From Clostridia bacterium (GTDB lineage: Bacteria > Bacillota > Clostridia > Christensenellales > QALW01): DNA of 64,000 nucleotides. The notes beneath the pieces are model-generated. The model had not been told where the DNA came from. It was given only the letters and a program-made list of their open reading frames with translations, and did no database searches. Positions 55,051 to 63,319 of this stretch are shown here, piece by piece. The DNA lies in NCBI GenBank assembly GCA_045594045.1, contig JAZNXV010000034.1, forward strand, positions 1,075-65,074. The letters run 5' to 3'. How positions within the stretch are numbered: the stretch's first letter is position 1; every line of letters begins with the position of its first letter. The position numbers were made by a program, and so were the translations under genes.

Positions 55051-56694
55051 TTAGCCGGTAATTTGTGCTTCTACAAGACTACCTCCGCAATACATTTGAC
55101 GGAGCTTCGGTTTTTCAATTTTACCCGTGGGGTTACGAGGAACAGAAGCAAATATAATTTCCCTTGGACGCTTATATTTAGGGAGGGAAAGACAGAATTT
55201 TTCGATTTCTTCTTTTGTGCAAGTAATGCCATCTTTTATTTCAATTATGGCAGCGGCAATTTCACCTAAGCGCTTGTCCGGCAAGCCGATAACCGCAACG
55301 TCTTTGATTTTGTCAAAGGAACGTAAAAAGTCTTCAATCTGTACGGGATATAAGTTTTCACCGCCGCTGATAATAACGTCTTTTTTGCGGTCAACAAGAT
55401 AGATAAAACCTTCTTCGTCTTCCTTTGCCATATCACCTGTTAAAAGCCAACCGTCTTTTAAAATTTCGTCGGTCGCTTTTTGGTTTTTGTAATAACACTT
55501 CATAACGCCTGCGCCTTTAACTGCAAGCTCGCCAACTTCGCCTTTTTTAACGGGAACAAGATTTTCGTCAACAATTTTTGTTTTCCAAAGGTGACCTGCT
55601 TTACCGATGGCACCAACTTTATGTATGTTTTCAACGCCCAAATGAACGCAACCGGGACCGATAGACTCGGACAAGCCGTAGTTGGTATCGTATTCGTGCT
55701 CGGGAAAACGCTCTTTCCAACGCTTAATAAGAGATGGGGGGACGGGTTGCGCACCTACGTGCATTAAACGCCATTGTGAAAGGGTGAAATCGCTTAAATC
55801 AAGCTCACCGCGGTCAATGCAATCTAAAATATCCTGAACCCACGGAACTAACAACCAAACAATAGTCGCTTTTTCATCAGAAACCGTCTGTAAAACCCAT
55901 TGGGGCTTTACGCCACGAAGCAGAACTGCCTTACTACCAGATAAAAGAGAACCGAACCAATGCATTTTAGCGCCCGTATGATAAAGGGGCGGAATGCACA
56001 AGAAAACGTCTTCTTTTTTCTGGCTATGATGGTTTTGTTCTGTTAAACAAGCGGAAACAAGCGCTTCGTGCCTATGTAAAATAGCTTTTGGGAAGCCTGT
56101 TGTACCTGAAGAAAAATAAATTGCGGCATCGTCACTATCCTTTAATTCTACGGGTGGAACGGTAGTTGAACAGTAGTATACCATTTCGTCATAATTGTCG
56201 GTATATTCGGGAGTAATATTTTTATCGCCGACGAAAAAGAAATTGCGCACATCAGGAATTTCGTCAACGATGCAATTAATACGTTCAATAAATTCAGGGC
56301 CGAATACAAGCATTTTAACGTCTGCCAAATCAAGACAATACTTAATTTCGTCAGAGGAGTAGCGATAGTTCATAGGTACAACTAATGCACCTGCTTTCAA
56401 AATACCAAAATAAATAGGTAACCATTCCAAACAGTTCATCAGAAGTATAGCAACCTTGTCACCACGCTTAATACCCTTTGTAAAAAGCAGATTGGCAAAG
56501 CGGTTTGCTTTAATATCAAATTCGCGCCAAGTAATTTCTCGACGGTATTTTTCTGAATTTGATGCGGTATCAATTAAATTAAATTCACGCCACGTCATAT
56601 CGGCGTGGGGTTGCATTTCAGGATTAATTTCTACAAGAGCGGTATCGTTAGGATAAATCTTTGCATTGCGCTCTAAAAAATCTGTAATGGGCAT
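55051..56694 (-). CDS. AMP-dependent acyl-CoA synthetase/ligase
   Basis: Motifs YFSSGTTGFPKAI, GDMAKEDEEGFIYLVDRKKD and PRNPTGKIEK. The start is trimmed to MPITDFLERN (ATG 56694) behind AGAGG. Confidence 0.85.
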   Translation of the reverse strand: MPITDFLERNAKIYPNDTALVEINPEMQPHADMTWREFNLIDTASNSEKYRREITWREFDIKANRFANLLFTKGIKRGDKVAILLMNCLEWLPIYFGILKAGALVVPMNYRYSSDEIKYCLDLADVKMLVFGPEFIERINCIVDEIPDVRNFFFVGDKNITPEYTDNYDEMVYYCSTTVPPVELKDSDDAAIYFSSGTTGFPKAILHRHEALVSACLTEQNHHSQKKEDVFLCIPPLYHTGAKMHWFGSLLSGSKAVLLRGVKPQWVLQTVSDEKATIVWLLVPWVQDILDCIDRGELDLSDFTLSQWRLMHVGAQPVPPSLIKRWKERFPEHEYDTNYGLSESIGPGCVHLGVENIHKVGAIGKAGHLWKTKIVDENLVPVKKGEVGELAVKGAGVMKCYYKNQKATDEILKDGWLLTGDMAKEDEEGFIYLVDRKKDVIISGGENLYPVQIEDFLRSFDKIKDVAVIGLPDKRLGEIAAAIIEIKDGITCTKEEIEKFCLSLPKYKRPREIIFASVPRNPTGKIEKPKLRQMYCGGSLVEAQITG

Positions 56695-57122
56695 AGCGAA
56701 AACCTCTTTGCTGTTTATTAAATTTGAATATAAAAAGTATAGCATAATATATTGTGTTTGTCGAGCATTTTATGTATATTTATATATTATATTGCATATT
56801 ATGCCAAGCCCTTTTGCCAAGTTCTTTTAAACATTTTCTTCGTAAATTGTGAAAAAACGAGGAATTCAAAAAGCGTACAGACTAGATGAGCGTTAAATGT
56901 TCCGAAAATAAAACAAAACAGATGTACACTGTTTTTTGTTTTGAAACAAAAGCTTTTCCATAAATTGAAGTCACTTGTTTGCCGTCAAAAAGACAATGCG
57001 TTGATATTGAAATACCAAAAGCTTTTTTTGAAATTATTTTCTTTCAAGGTATAATATACATTGACTTTTTTTGCTTTAAATGATATACTTTTTCCTGTAA
57101 AAATTTAGTCGAGGTCTTTTTT

Positions 57123-58130
57123 ATGAATCGCGTAATATTACCTGAAAAATACGTTGAAAAGCTTGATATCTATCAAACACAGCTTGCCATAGGCATTTTA
57201 AGACAGTATTTTCAGAATATTTTAGCTGAAAGGCTTAATTTAAAACGTGTTACGGCACCTTTGTTCGTTCAGCCGGAAACAGGTCTTAATGACGATTTGA
57301 ACGGAGTTGAAAGAGCAGTTGCCTTTGATGTAAAGGCAACGGGCACAAACGTACAAATTGTACATTCACTTGCAAAGTGGAAGCGTATGGCGCTTTATGA
57401 GTATAAATTTTCTGCAGGCTGCGGGCTTTACACAGATATGAATGCTATCCGCAGAGATGAAGAATTGGATAATTTTCATTCAATTTACGTTGACCAATGG
57501 GATTGGGAAAAGGTTATTACCCGTGCAGAGAGGACCCGTGAATATTTAGAGCAAACCGTTCAAGCAATTGTTGATACGATTGTTGACGTGGCTGAAATGA
57601 TTAAAAAGGAATTCCCTGCAATCGACGTTAAGCTGAACAGAAACGTTAAGTTTATAACCACTCAAGAACTTGAGAATATGTATCCGAGCTTGTCTTCAAA
57701 GGAGCGTGAAAACGCCATTACCAAGGAATTCGGCACAGTTTTTCTGATGCAGATTGGTGATAAATTAGCCTCAGGCAAGCCCCACGACGGTAGAGCACCC
57801 GATTATGACGATTGGAGCTTGAACGGCGATATTCTTTTCTGGAACGAGGTTATGGGTTGTGCGCTTGAAATTTCTTCAATGGGCATTAGAGTAGACGAAA
57901 AGTCTTTGGACGAGCAACTTACCAAAACCGACTGTAATTACCGCCGTGTAATGCCCTTCCACAAGATGCTTCTCGCGGGTGAGCTTCCGCTCACCATAGG
58001 CGGCGGCATAGGGCAATCAAGGCTTTGTATGCTTATTTTACAAAAGGCGCATATCGGTCAGGTGCAGGTTTCCGTTTGGGATAAGGAAACAAAGAGAATT
58101 TGCCGCGAAAACGGTATAACGTTACTTTAA
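57123..58130 (+). CDS. asnA: aspartate--ammonia ligase (asparagine synthetase A)
   Basis: The 335-aa protein reads ...QTQLAIGILRQYFQNILAERLNLKRVTAPLF... and SIYVDQWDWEKVI, the AsnA pattern. Confidence 0.9.
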   Translation: MNRVILPEKYVEKLDIYQTQLAIGILRQYFQNILAERLNLKRVTAPLFVQPETGLNDDLNGVERAVAFDVKATGTNVQIVHSLAKWKRMALYEYKFSAGCGLYTDMNAIRRDEELDNFHSIYVDQWDWEKVITRAERTREYLEQTVQAIVDTIVDVAEMIKKEFPAIDVKLNRNVKFITTQELENMYPSLSSKERENAITKEFGTVFLMQIGDKLASGKPHDGRAPDYDDWSLNGDILFWNEVMGCALEISSMGIRVDEKSLDEQLTKTDCNYRRVMPFHKMLLAGELPLTIGGGIGQSRLCMLILQKAHIGQVQVSVWDKETKRICRENGITLL

Positions 58131-58151
58131 ACGGTAAAAGGAGATAAAAAA

Positions 58152-58406
58152 ATGCGTTATAGCTATAAAACAAAAGGTACTTGCTCTTCAGTAATCGATT
58201 TTGATATTGAAGGCGATGTAATCAAAAATGTAAAGTTCACCGGCGGCTGCAACGGTAACCTAAAGGCGATTTCTTCTCTTGTTGAAGGTATGCGTGTAGA
58301 AGACATAGAAAAAAAGCTTAAGGGAATTACCTGCGGCTTTAAAGGCACAAGCTGCTCCGACCAGCTTTCTCAAGCTGTTCGCAAGGCTTATGACGAAAAT
58401 AAATAA
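58152..58406 (+). CDS. TSCPD-domain small protein (TIGR03905-like, 4 Cys)
   Basis: The protein contains GTCSS...KFTGGCNGNLKAISSLVEGM...GITCGFKGTSCSDQL. Confidence 0.8.
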   Translation: MRYSYKTKGTCSSVIDFDIEGDVIKNVKFTGGCNGNLKAISSLVEGMRVEDIEKKLKGITCGFKGTSCSDQLSQAVRKAYDENK

Positions 58407-58418
58407 AGGAGATTTGTT

Positions 58419-58736
58419 ATGGAAAGATATGCATGGAAGGCAATCGTTAAAGAGGGTTGCAAGGAAGAATACGTTCGCAGGCACAATGAAATTTGGCCCG
58501 AGCTTGTAGCACTTTTAAAGGAAGCAGGTATTTGTAATTACAGCATTTGGAACGTTGGAAATGAGCTTTTTGGTTATTACGAATGTGAAAAAGGCGTAGA
58601 TTTTGCCGCAAAAACTCAGGCAGATAGTCCTATTGTAGACAAATGGAACGAGTATATGAAGGACGTTATGATTATGGAAATGGACCCTGAAACAGGCGCT
58701 CAGCCGATGCTTGAGGAAGTTTTTAGGTTAGATTAA
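58419..58736 (+). CDS. rhaM: L-rhamnose mutarotase family protein
   Basis: MERYAWKAIVKEGCKEEYVRRHNEIWPEL...NYSIW. The 105-aa length fits. Confidence 0.8.
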   Translation: MERYAWKAIVKEGCKEEYVRRHNEIWPELVALLKEAGICNYSIWNVGNELFGYYECEKGVDFAAKTQADSPIVDKWNEYMKDVMIMEMDPETGAQPMLEEVFRLD

Positions 58737-58742
58737 AAATTT

Positions 58743-58767
58743 GGACAGCCATAGGCTGTCCTTTTTT
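58743..58767 (+). terminator. intrinsic terminator
   Basis: GGACAGCC-ATA-GGCTGTCC followed by TTTTTT. Confidence 0.85.
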
Positions 58768-58880
58768 AGTTCGGTGCAAAAAAATTTATAAATAATATCA
58801 AAAAATGTTATATAAATAATTGCGAAAAAAAGAAAATTCGTGTATAATAATTTATCATAAATGTTTACGGAGGAAATATT

Positions 58881-59861
58881 ATGGAGTTAGTTAGACGCCC
58901 TGATACCATGGAAAGAATTACAACTAAAGAGCTTGCGGATACTTTTATTGATGAGCAAATTAAGGAAATTCAAGCTCAGGTTGGAGATAAAAAGGTTTTG
59001 CTTGCACTTTCCGGCGGTGTAGATTCTTCTGTCGTTGCAGCTTTACTTATTAAAGCAATAGGAAAACAACTTGTTTGTGTTCACGTAAATCACGGTCTTA
59101 TGCGCAAGGGTGAAAGTGAGCAGGTTATAGAGGTGTTCAGAAATCAGCTTGATGCAAATCTTATTTATATTGATGCTACCGACCGCTTCTTAGATTTGCT
59201 TAAGGACGTAGCAGAGCCCGAGAAAAAGCGTAAAATTATCGGCGGTGAGTTTATTAAGGTGTTTGATGAGGAAGCCGGCAAGCTTGAAGGCATTTCTTTC
59301 CTTGCACAAGGCACTATCTATCCTGATATTTTAGAAAGTGACGGTGTAAAAGCTCACCATAACGTAGGCGGACTTCCCGAAGATATGCAGTTTGAGCTTG
59401 TTGAACCCGTTAAGCTTCTTTATAAAGACGAGGTTCGCGTTGTCGGCAAGGCTTTAGGTCTTCCTGCTTCAATGGTTGACCGTCAGCCCTTCCCCGGCCC
59501 CGGTCTGGGTGTTCGTTGCCTTGGAGCAATTACCCGCGACAGACTTGAGGCACTTCGTGAAGCTGATGCAATTCTTCGCGAAGAATTTGATAAAAACGGT
59601 CTTAATTTAAAGGTTTGGCAGTATTTTATCGCCGTACCCGACTTTAAGAGCGTAGGCGTTCGTGACAACAAGCGCTATGAAGGTTGGCCTGCAATTATCC
59701 GCGCGGTGAACACCACAGACGCTATGACTGCCACAATTGAAGAAATTCCTTACGAGCTTCTTCACCATATTACCAACAGAATCACAAGCGAGGTTGAAGG
59801 CATTAACCGCGTGCTTTTAGACCTTACACCCAAGCCTGTTGGCACAATCGAGTGGGAATAA
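58881..59861 (+). CDS. guaA: GMP synthase, ATP-pyrophosphatase/dimerisation part only (no GATase domain)
   Basis: PP-loop LALSGGVDSSV and C-terminal ...LLDLTPKPVGTIEWE. ATG at 58881 follows GGAGG. The upstream 140 bp is AT-rich and non-coding. Confidence 0.85.
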   Translation: MELVRRPDTMERITTKELADTFIDEQIKEIQAQVGDKKVLLALSGGVDSSVVAALLIKAIGKQLVCVHVNHGLMRKGESEQVIEVFRNQLDANLIYIDATDRFLDLLKDVAEPEKKRKIIGGEFIKVFDEEAGKLEGISFLAQGTIYPDILESDGVKAHHNVGGLPEDMQFELVEPVKLLYKDEVRVVGKALGLPASMVDRQPFPGPGLGVRCLGAITRDRLEALREADAILREEFDKNGLNLKVWQYFIAVPDFKSVGVRDNKRYEGWPAIIRAVNTTDAMTATIEEIPYELLHHITNRITSEVEGINRVLLDLTPKPVGTIEWE

Positions 59862-59879
59862 TATCGAATGGCTAACAAG

Positions 59880-59920
59880 TGCCCGAAAACCCTTGCAGAT
59901 AAAGGGCTTTCGGGCATTTA
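59880..59920 (+). terminator. intrinsic terminator (long stem, weak T-run)
   Basis: TGCCCGAAAACCCTT pairs with AAGGGCTTTCGGGCA, followed by TTTA. Confidence 0.6.
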
Positions 59921-60028
59921 TGCAATTTAGAAAAACACCGTTGCAACACTTTTGCAACACGGAATGAGAAATTTGCAAAAAAGAATAGTTTCAGGTGGCT
60001 ATGATGTTTATAGAAAGGAGAAAAAAGT

Positions 60029-60727
60029 ATGTATGCAATAATCCGTGAAGGTGATGGCAATTTTTATACGTCCATGGTTTTCGGGTATTATAAAACATCT
60101 GATGATTCTGACTATAAAAATAGGTTTTGGATCGTTTTGAATAAGTCAAAAACTGCTTTGATTAAACAACATGTTTTACAGCAAAACACCAAATACTTAA
60201 TTCCAATGGTTTTAATAACAGATGCAGATGAAAGTGGATGGAATAAAATCAATGAGAACGAGGAAAGTGTAGATTTCTTGCCTACAGATAAATTGTTATC
60301 CATGATTGATAGCAACACCGTCCCGAGTGTTTTGACACAAAAATGCATCGAGATGGATAATGCATATAAGTTTGAATCTATCCGTACTATAAACACAACC
60401 GATGATATTCGTGACTTGGAACGGGTATCCGGTGGTTTTCACGATGCGTTTATCGCAGAGAAAAAAGAAAGCGGAAATTCCCTCTACCTTCTTTTTGACG
60501 GAACTTGGGGATGTAAAATCGAGGTTTGGTTTGAGGGTGAGATTTCTTATGATACCTCAAGCAGAGATCCTGAAAAATTTGATCCTTATTGGTTTGGTAG
60601 TACGGTAAAAATTGACAACGGATTTATATACCTCATCGATGATGAAGATATTTCGGTTAACGATATCAACTCGAGTTACTGCTGGTTCAAGGCAAGAACA
60701 ATGAAATACAGAGTCATTCCGGATTGA
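60029..60727 (+). CDS. hypothetical cytoplasmic protein (no family recognised)
   Basis: Strong RBS AAAGGAGAAAAAAGT before the ATG. The 232-aa protein is acidic and has no TM segment or signal peptide. Confidence 0.65.
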   Translation: MYAIIREGDGNFYTSMVFGYYKTSDDSDYKNRFWIVLNKSKTALIKQHVLQQNTKYLIPMVLITDADESGWNKINENEESVDFLPTDKLLSMIDSNTVPSVLTQKCIEMDNAYKFESIRTINTTDDIRDLERVSGGFHDAFIAEKKESGNSLYLLFDGTWGCKIEVWFEGEISYDTSSRDPEKFDPYWFGSTVKIDNGFIYLIDDEDISVNDINSSYCWFKARTMKYRVIPD

Positions 60728-61084
60728 CACCCCACAACCACCCGCTACCATTTCGCAGGCAATTTTGCAACTTTTTCTGCAACAAAAATTTTGATAAATA
60801 AAATAATGGGCGGAAAATCGGTGTCAAAATTGCCGTTTAGAATAATATTTAGGGCATAAATAATCCAAAGAAGATTCCCCAAAAAGAGTGGGAATAATAC
60901 CATAATGCTTTTAAGTGGCCTGGAAGCCTTATTCCAAGCCACTTTTTATTCGATTCGATTGGCGGTCAATAAACGCGAGAGGGTCGCAGAAGATGGTTTG
61001 CGTTAAGAGTGTATCTTCAAAAACCTGCAAAATCGGTGAATTTCTTGTCTTTACTGTGGTTTTTGCGTTGCGTTATAAAAAGCA

Positions 61085-61113
61085 TTGAAAACAGAGTAAA
61101 AATATGGTATTAT
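61085..61113 (+). promoter_or_regulatory. sigma-A-type promoter
   Basis: TTGAAA (61085-90), a 17-nt spacer, then TGgTATTAT (61105-13). Confidence 0.5.
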
Positions 61114-61146
61114 ATACTAAAGAATTTAAAGGTATTGGAAGATTGT

Positions 61147-63306
61147 ATGTCGTTAACACCAACGAAAATAAGAAACAAGATGTTTAAATTAAAGCCATTG
61201 CTCGAAAATACCTCTGTTGAACAGCAGCGCAAGGGGCAAAGCATGATTGGCGAATTGATGGAATTCAAACACCGTAAGGATGTAATGATAAAGGAACATT
61301 CCTTTGAAAACTTTTTGGGCGCATGGGTTATGCCTAAAGAGGAAAGACGCCACGGGGTGCTGTTGTATTTGCACGGTGGCGGCTTCGTTTGCGGAGATTT
61401 AAAATATGCTAAAGGCGTGGCATCTACGCTTTCTGTGATGTGCGGCGTACGGACGTTTTGTATTTCTTATCGTCTTGCACCGGAAAATCCTTTTCCTGCG
61501 GCGGTGGAAGATGCTCTTGAAGCGTATAAATATCTGTTAAAAAAGGGATATAGCCCCGAAAACATATGCTTGTGCGGCGAGAGTGCAGGCGGTGGTCTTT
61601 GCTATAGCTTATGCGCAAGGCTAAAGGAAGAAAATCTGCAATTGCCCTGTGGAATTATTGCAATTTCACCGTGGGTTGACTTGACCTCATCAGGAGAATC
61701 CTATATAAACAATGCTGAAAACGACCCTTCGCTTTCAAAGGGAATGATTGATTTATTCAGGTCGCTTTACGCCAAAAATTTAGCAGATCCGCTTGTTTCA
61801 CCATTGTTTTTGGATTTGCAGGGAATGCCTCCGTCTATCATTTTTGCGGCGCAAGAAGAAATTTTGCTTAGTGATTCCCAAAGCTTAAACGCAAAGCTAC
61901 AGCAAAACGGTAATATTTGTAAGCTGTTTGTTAAGGCTGAACGCTGGCACGCATATCTTTTGTACGGCTTTAAAGAAGATGATGACGATTATGCAAAAAT
62001 AAATCAATTTTTAAACAAGGTGATGTCGCCGGAGAAAAAGCTTCGTTGGTTGCGCCTTGACAATGCGGCAAAGATTTATCCTGCGGCGCGCAGTCAAACC
62101 TGGAGTAACGTTTTCAGGGTTTCCATTAGCTTGAAGGAGCCCATTGATAAGGCAGTTTTGCAATCCGCACTTGACGTTACTGTGCGTAGGTTTCCGTCAA
62201 TCTGTGTGCGTCTGCGCAGAGGCACGTTTTGGTATTATTTGGAGCAGCTTCCTCAAGCACCGCGAGTTAGGGATGAAAATAGCTATCCCATAACACGCAT
62301 GAGCAATAGGGAAATGCGCAAATGCGCTTTCAGAGTAATCGTATATAAAAACAGAATTGCTGTAGAGTTCTTTCACGCCCTTACTGACGGTACGGGTGGT
62401 TTGATATTCTTAAAAACCTTGGCGGCAGAATACATACAACAAATGTATGGAACTTCCGTTCCTGCCGATAATGGTGTTTTGGGCAGGTTGGAGGAGCCGT
62501 TGCCGAAGGAACTTGAAGACAGCTTTCAAAAATATGCGGGTCCCGTTCAGGCAAGCCGAAAGGAAACAGATGCCTTTCACGTGGTGGGCACTCCCGAAGC
62601 AAACGGTGTTTTAAATATCACCTGCTTCAAAATTCCCGTTAAGGATATTCTTGATGAAGCACATAAGCTTAACGTTAGCTTAACGGTTTATTTAGCCTCC
62701 GCAATTATGCTTGCACTTCAGAATATTCAGGCAAGAGAATGTCCCAACAGAAAGAAGCGTAAAGCGGTAAAAGCCTTGCTGCCTGTTAATCTGCGCAAAA
62801 TTTTCAAAAGTGAATCTTTGCGTAACTTTGCGTTGTATACCATACCTGAAATTGATCCCCGTCACGGCGATTATGATTTTGAAGAAATCTGTAAAATAGT
62901 TAATTTGTGGATGAACTTGGATATAACACCTAAAAAGATGGCGGCAAAAATTGCTACCAATATTTTTTCGGAGCATATTTTAATAGTGCGCCTAATGCCT
63001 TTGTTTATTAAAAATTTAATAATGAAGGCGGTTTATAAAGCCGTAGGAGAACGCAAATCAAGCCTTTCGGTATCGAATCTCGGCAATATAGCCGTTCCCG
63101 AAGAAATGAAGCCTTATATCGAACGGTTTGACTTTGTATTAGGTGTTCAAGCTACAACTTCAAATAACTGCGGGGTTCTTTCTTTTGGCGATACTCTTTA
63201 CGTAAACTTTATACGCGATATAAAGGAGCCCAAGCTTGAAATGGAATTTTTTAAGGTGTTGCAAAAAAGAGGACTTTCTTTAGAAGTAGAAAGTAACCAT
63301 GTGTGA
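61147..63306 (+). CDS. fusion protein: alpha/beta-hydrolase-fold-3 esterase + HxxxDG acyltransferase/condensation-like domain
   Basis: The N-terminal half has LYLHGGGFVCGD (oxyanion hole) and GESAGG (nucleophile). The C-terminal half has FFHALTDGTGG (HxxxDG). The start is trimmed to MSLTPTKIRN (ATG 61147). Confidence 0.75.
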   Translation: MSLTPTKIRNKMFKLKPLLENTSVEQQRKGQSMIGELMEFKHRKDVMIKEHSFENFLGAWVMPKEERRHGVLLYLHGGGFVCGDLKYAKGVASTLSVMCGVRTFCISYRLAPENPFPAAVEDALEAYKYLLKKGYSPENICLCGESAGGGLCYSLCARLKEENLQLPCGIIAISPWVDLTSSGESYINNAENDPSLSKGMIDLFRSLYAKNLADPLVSPLFLDLQGMPPSIIFAAQEEILLSDSQSLNAKLQQNGNICKLFVKAERWHAYLLYGFKEDDDDYAKINQFLNKVMSPEKKLRWLRLDNAAKIYPAARSQTWSNVFRVSISLKEPIDKAVLQSALDVTVRRFPSICVRLRRGTFWYYLEQLPQAPRVRDENSYPITRMSNREMRKCAFRVIVYKNRIAVEFFHALTDGTGGLIFLKTLAAEYIQQMYGTSVPADNGVLGRLEEPLPKELEDSFQKYAGPVQASRKETDAFHVVGTPEANGVLNITCFKIPVKDILDEAHKLNVSLTVYLASAIMLALQNIQARECPNRKKRKAVKALLPVNLRKIFKSESLRNFALYTIPEIDPRHGDYDFEEICKIVNLWMNLDITPKKMAAKIATNIFSEHILIVRLMPLFIKNLIMKAVYKAVGERKSSLSVSNLGNIAVPEEMKPYIERFDFVLGVQATTSNNCGVLSFGDTLYVNFIRDIKEPKLEMEFFKVLQKRGLSLEVESNHV

Positions 63307-63319
63307 AAGGAGATAAATT

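Noticed and set aside
56905-56945. Hairpin AAAACAG-atgtaca-CTGTTTT with flanking A/T runs in the 430-bp divergent intergenic region, and the adjacent 25-codon ORF (ATG at 56886).
   Set aside because: The stem is only 7 bp with 2 G-C pairs, the mini-ORF has no RBS, and no upstream gene needs termination here.
57123-58130. asnA considered as the missing lasso cyclase for the peptide/RRE/kinase locus.
   Set aside because: It is the AsnA-type aspartate-ammonia ligase (335 aa, class-II aaRS-like), not the ~600-aa AsnB-like enzyme used by lasso pathways. It also lies 38 kb away in an unrelated context.
60745-60942. 65-aa minus-strand ORF downstream of the orphan gene.
   Set aside because: Its start codon sits inside the long plus-strand terminator hairpin (about 60913-60950) and it has no RBS. 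It is more likely 3' UTR, though a small membrane protein cannot be fully excluded.
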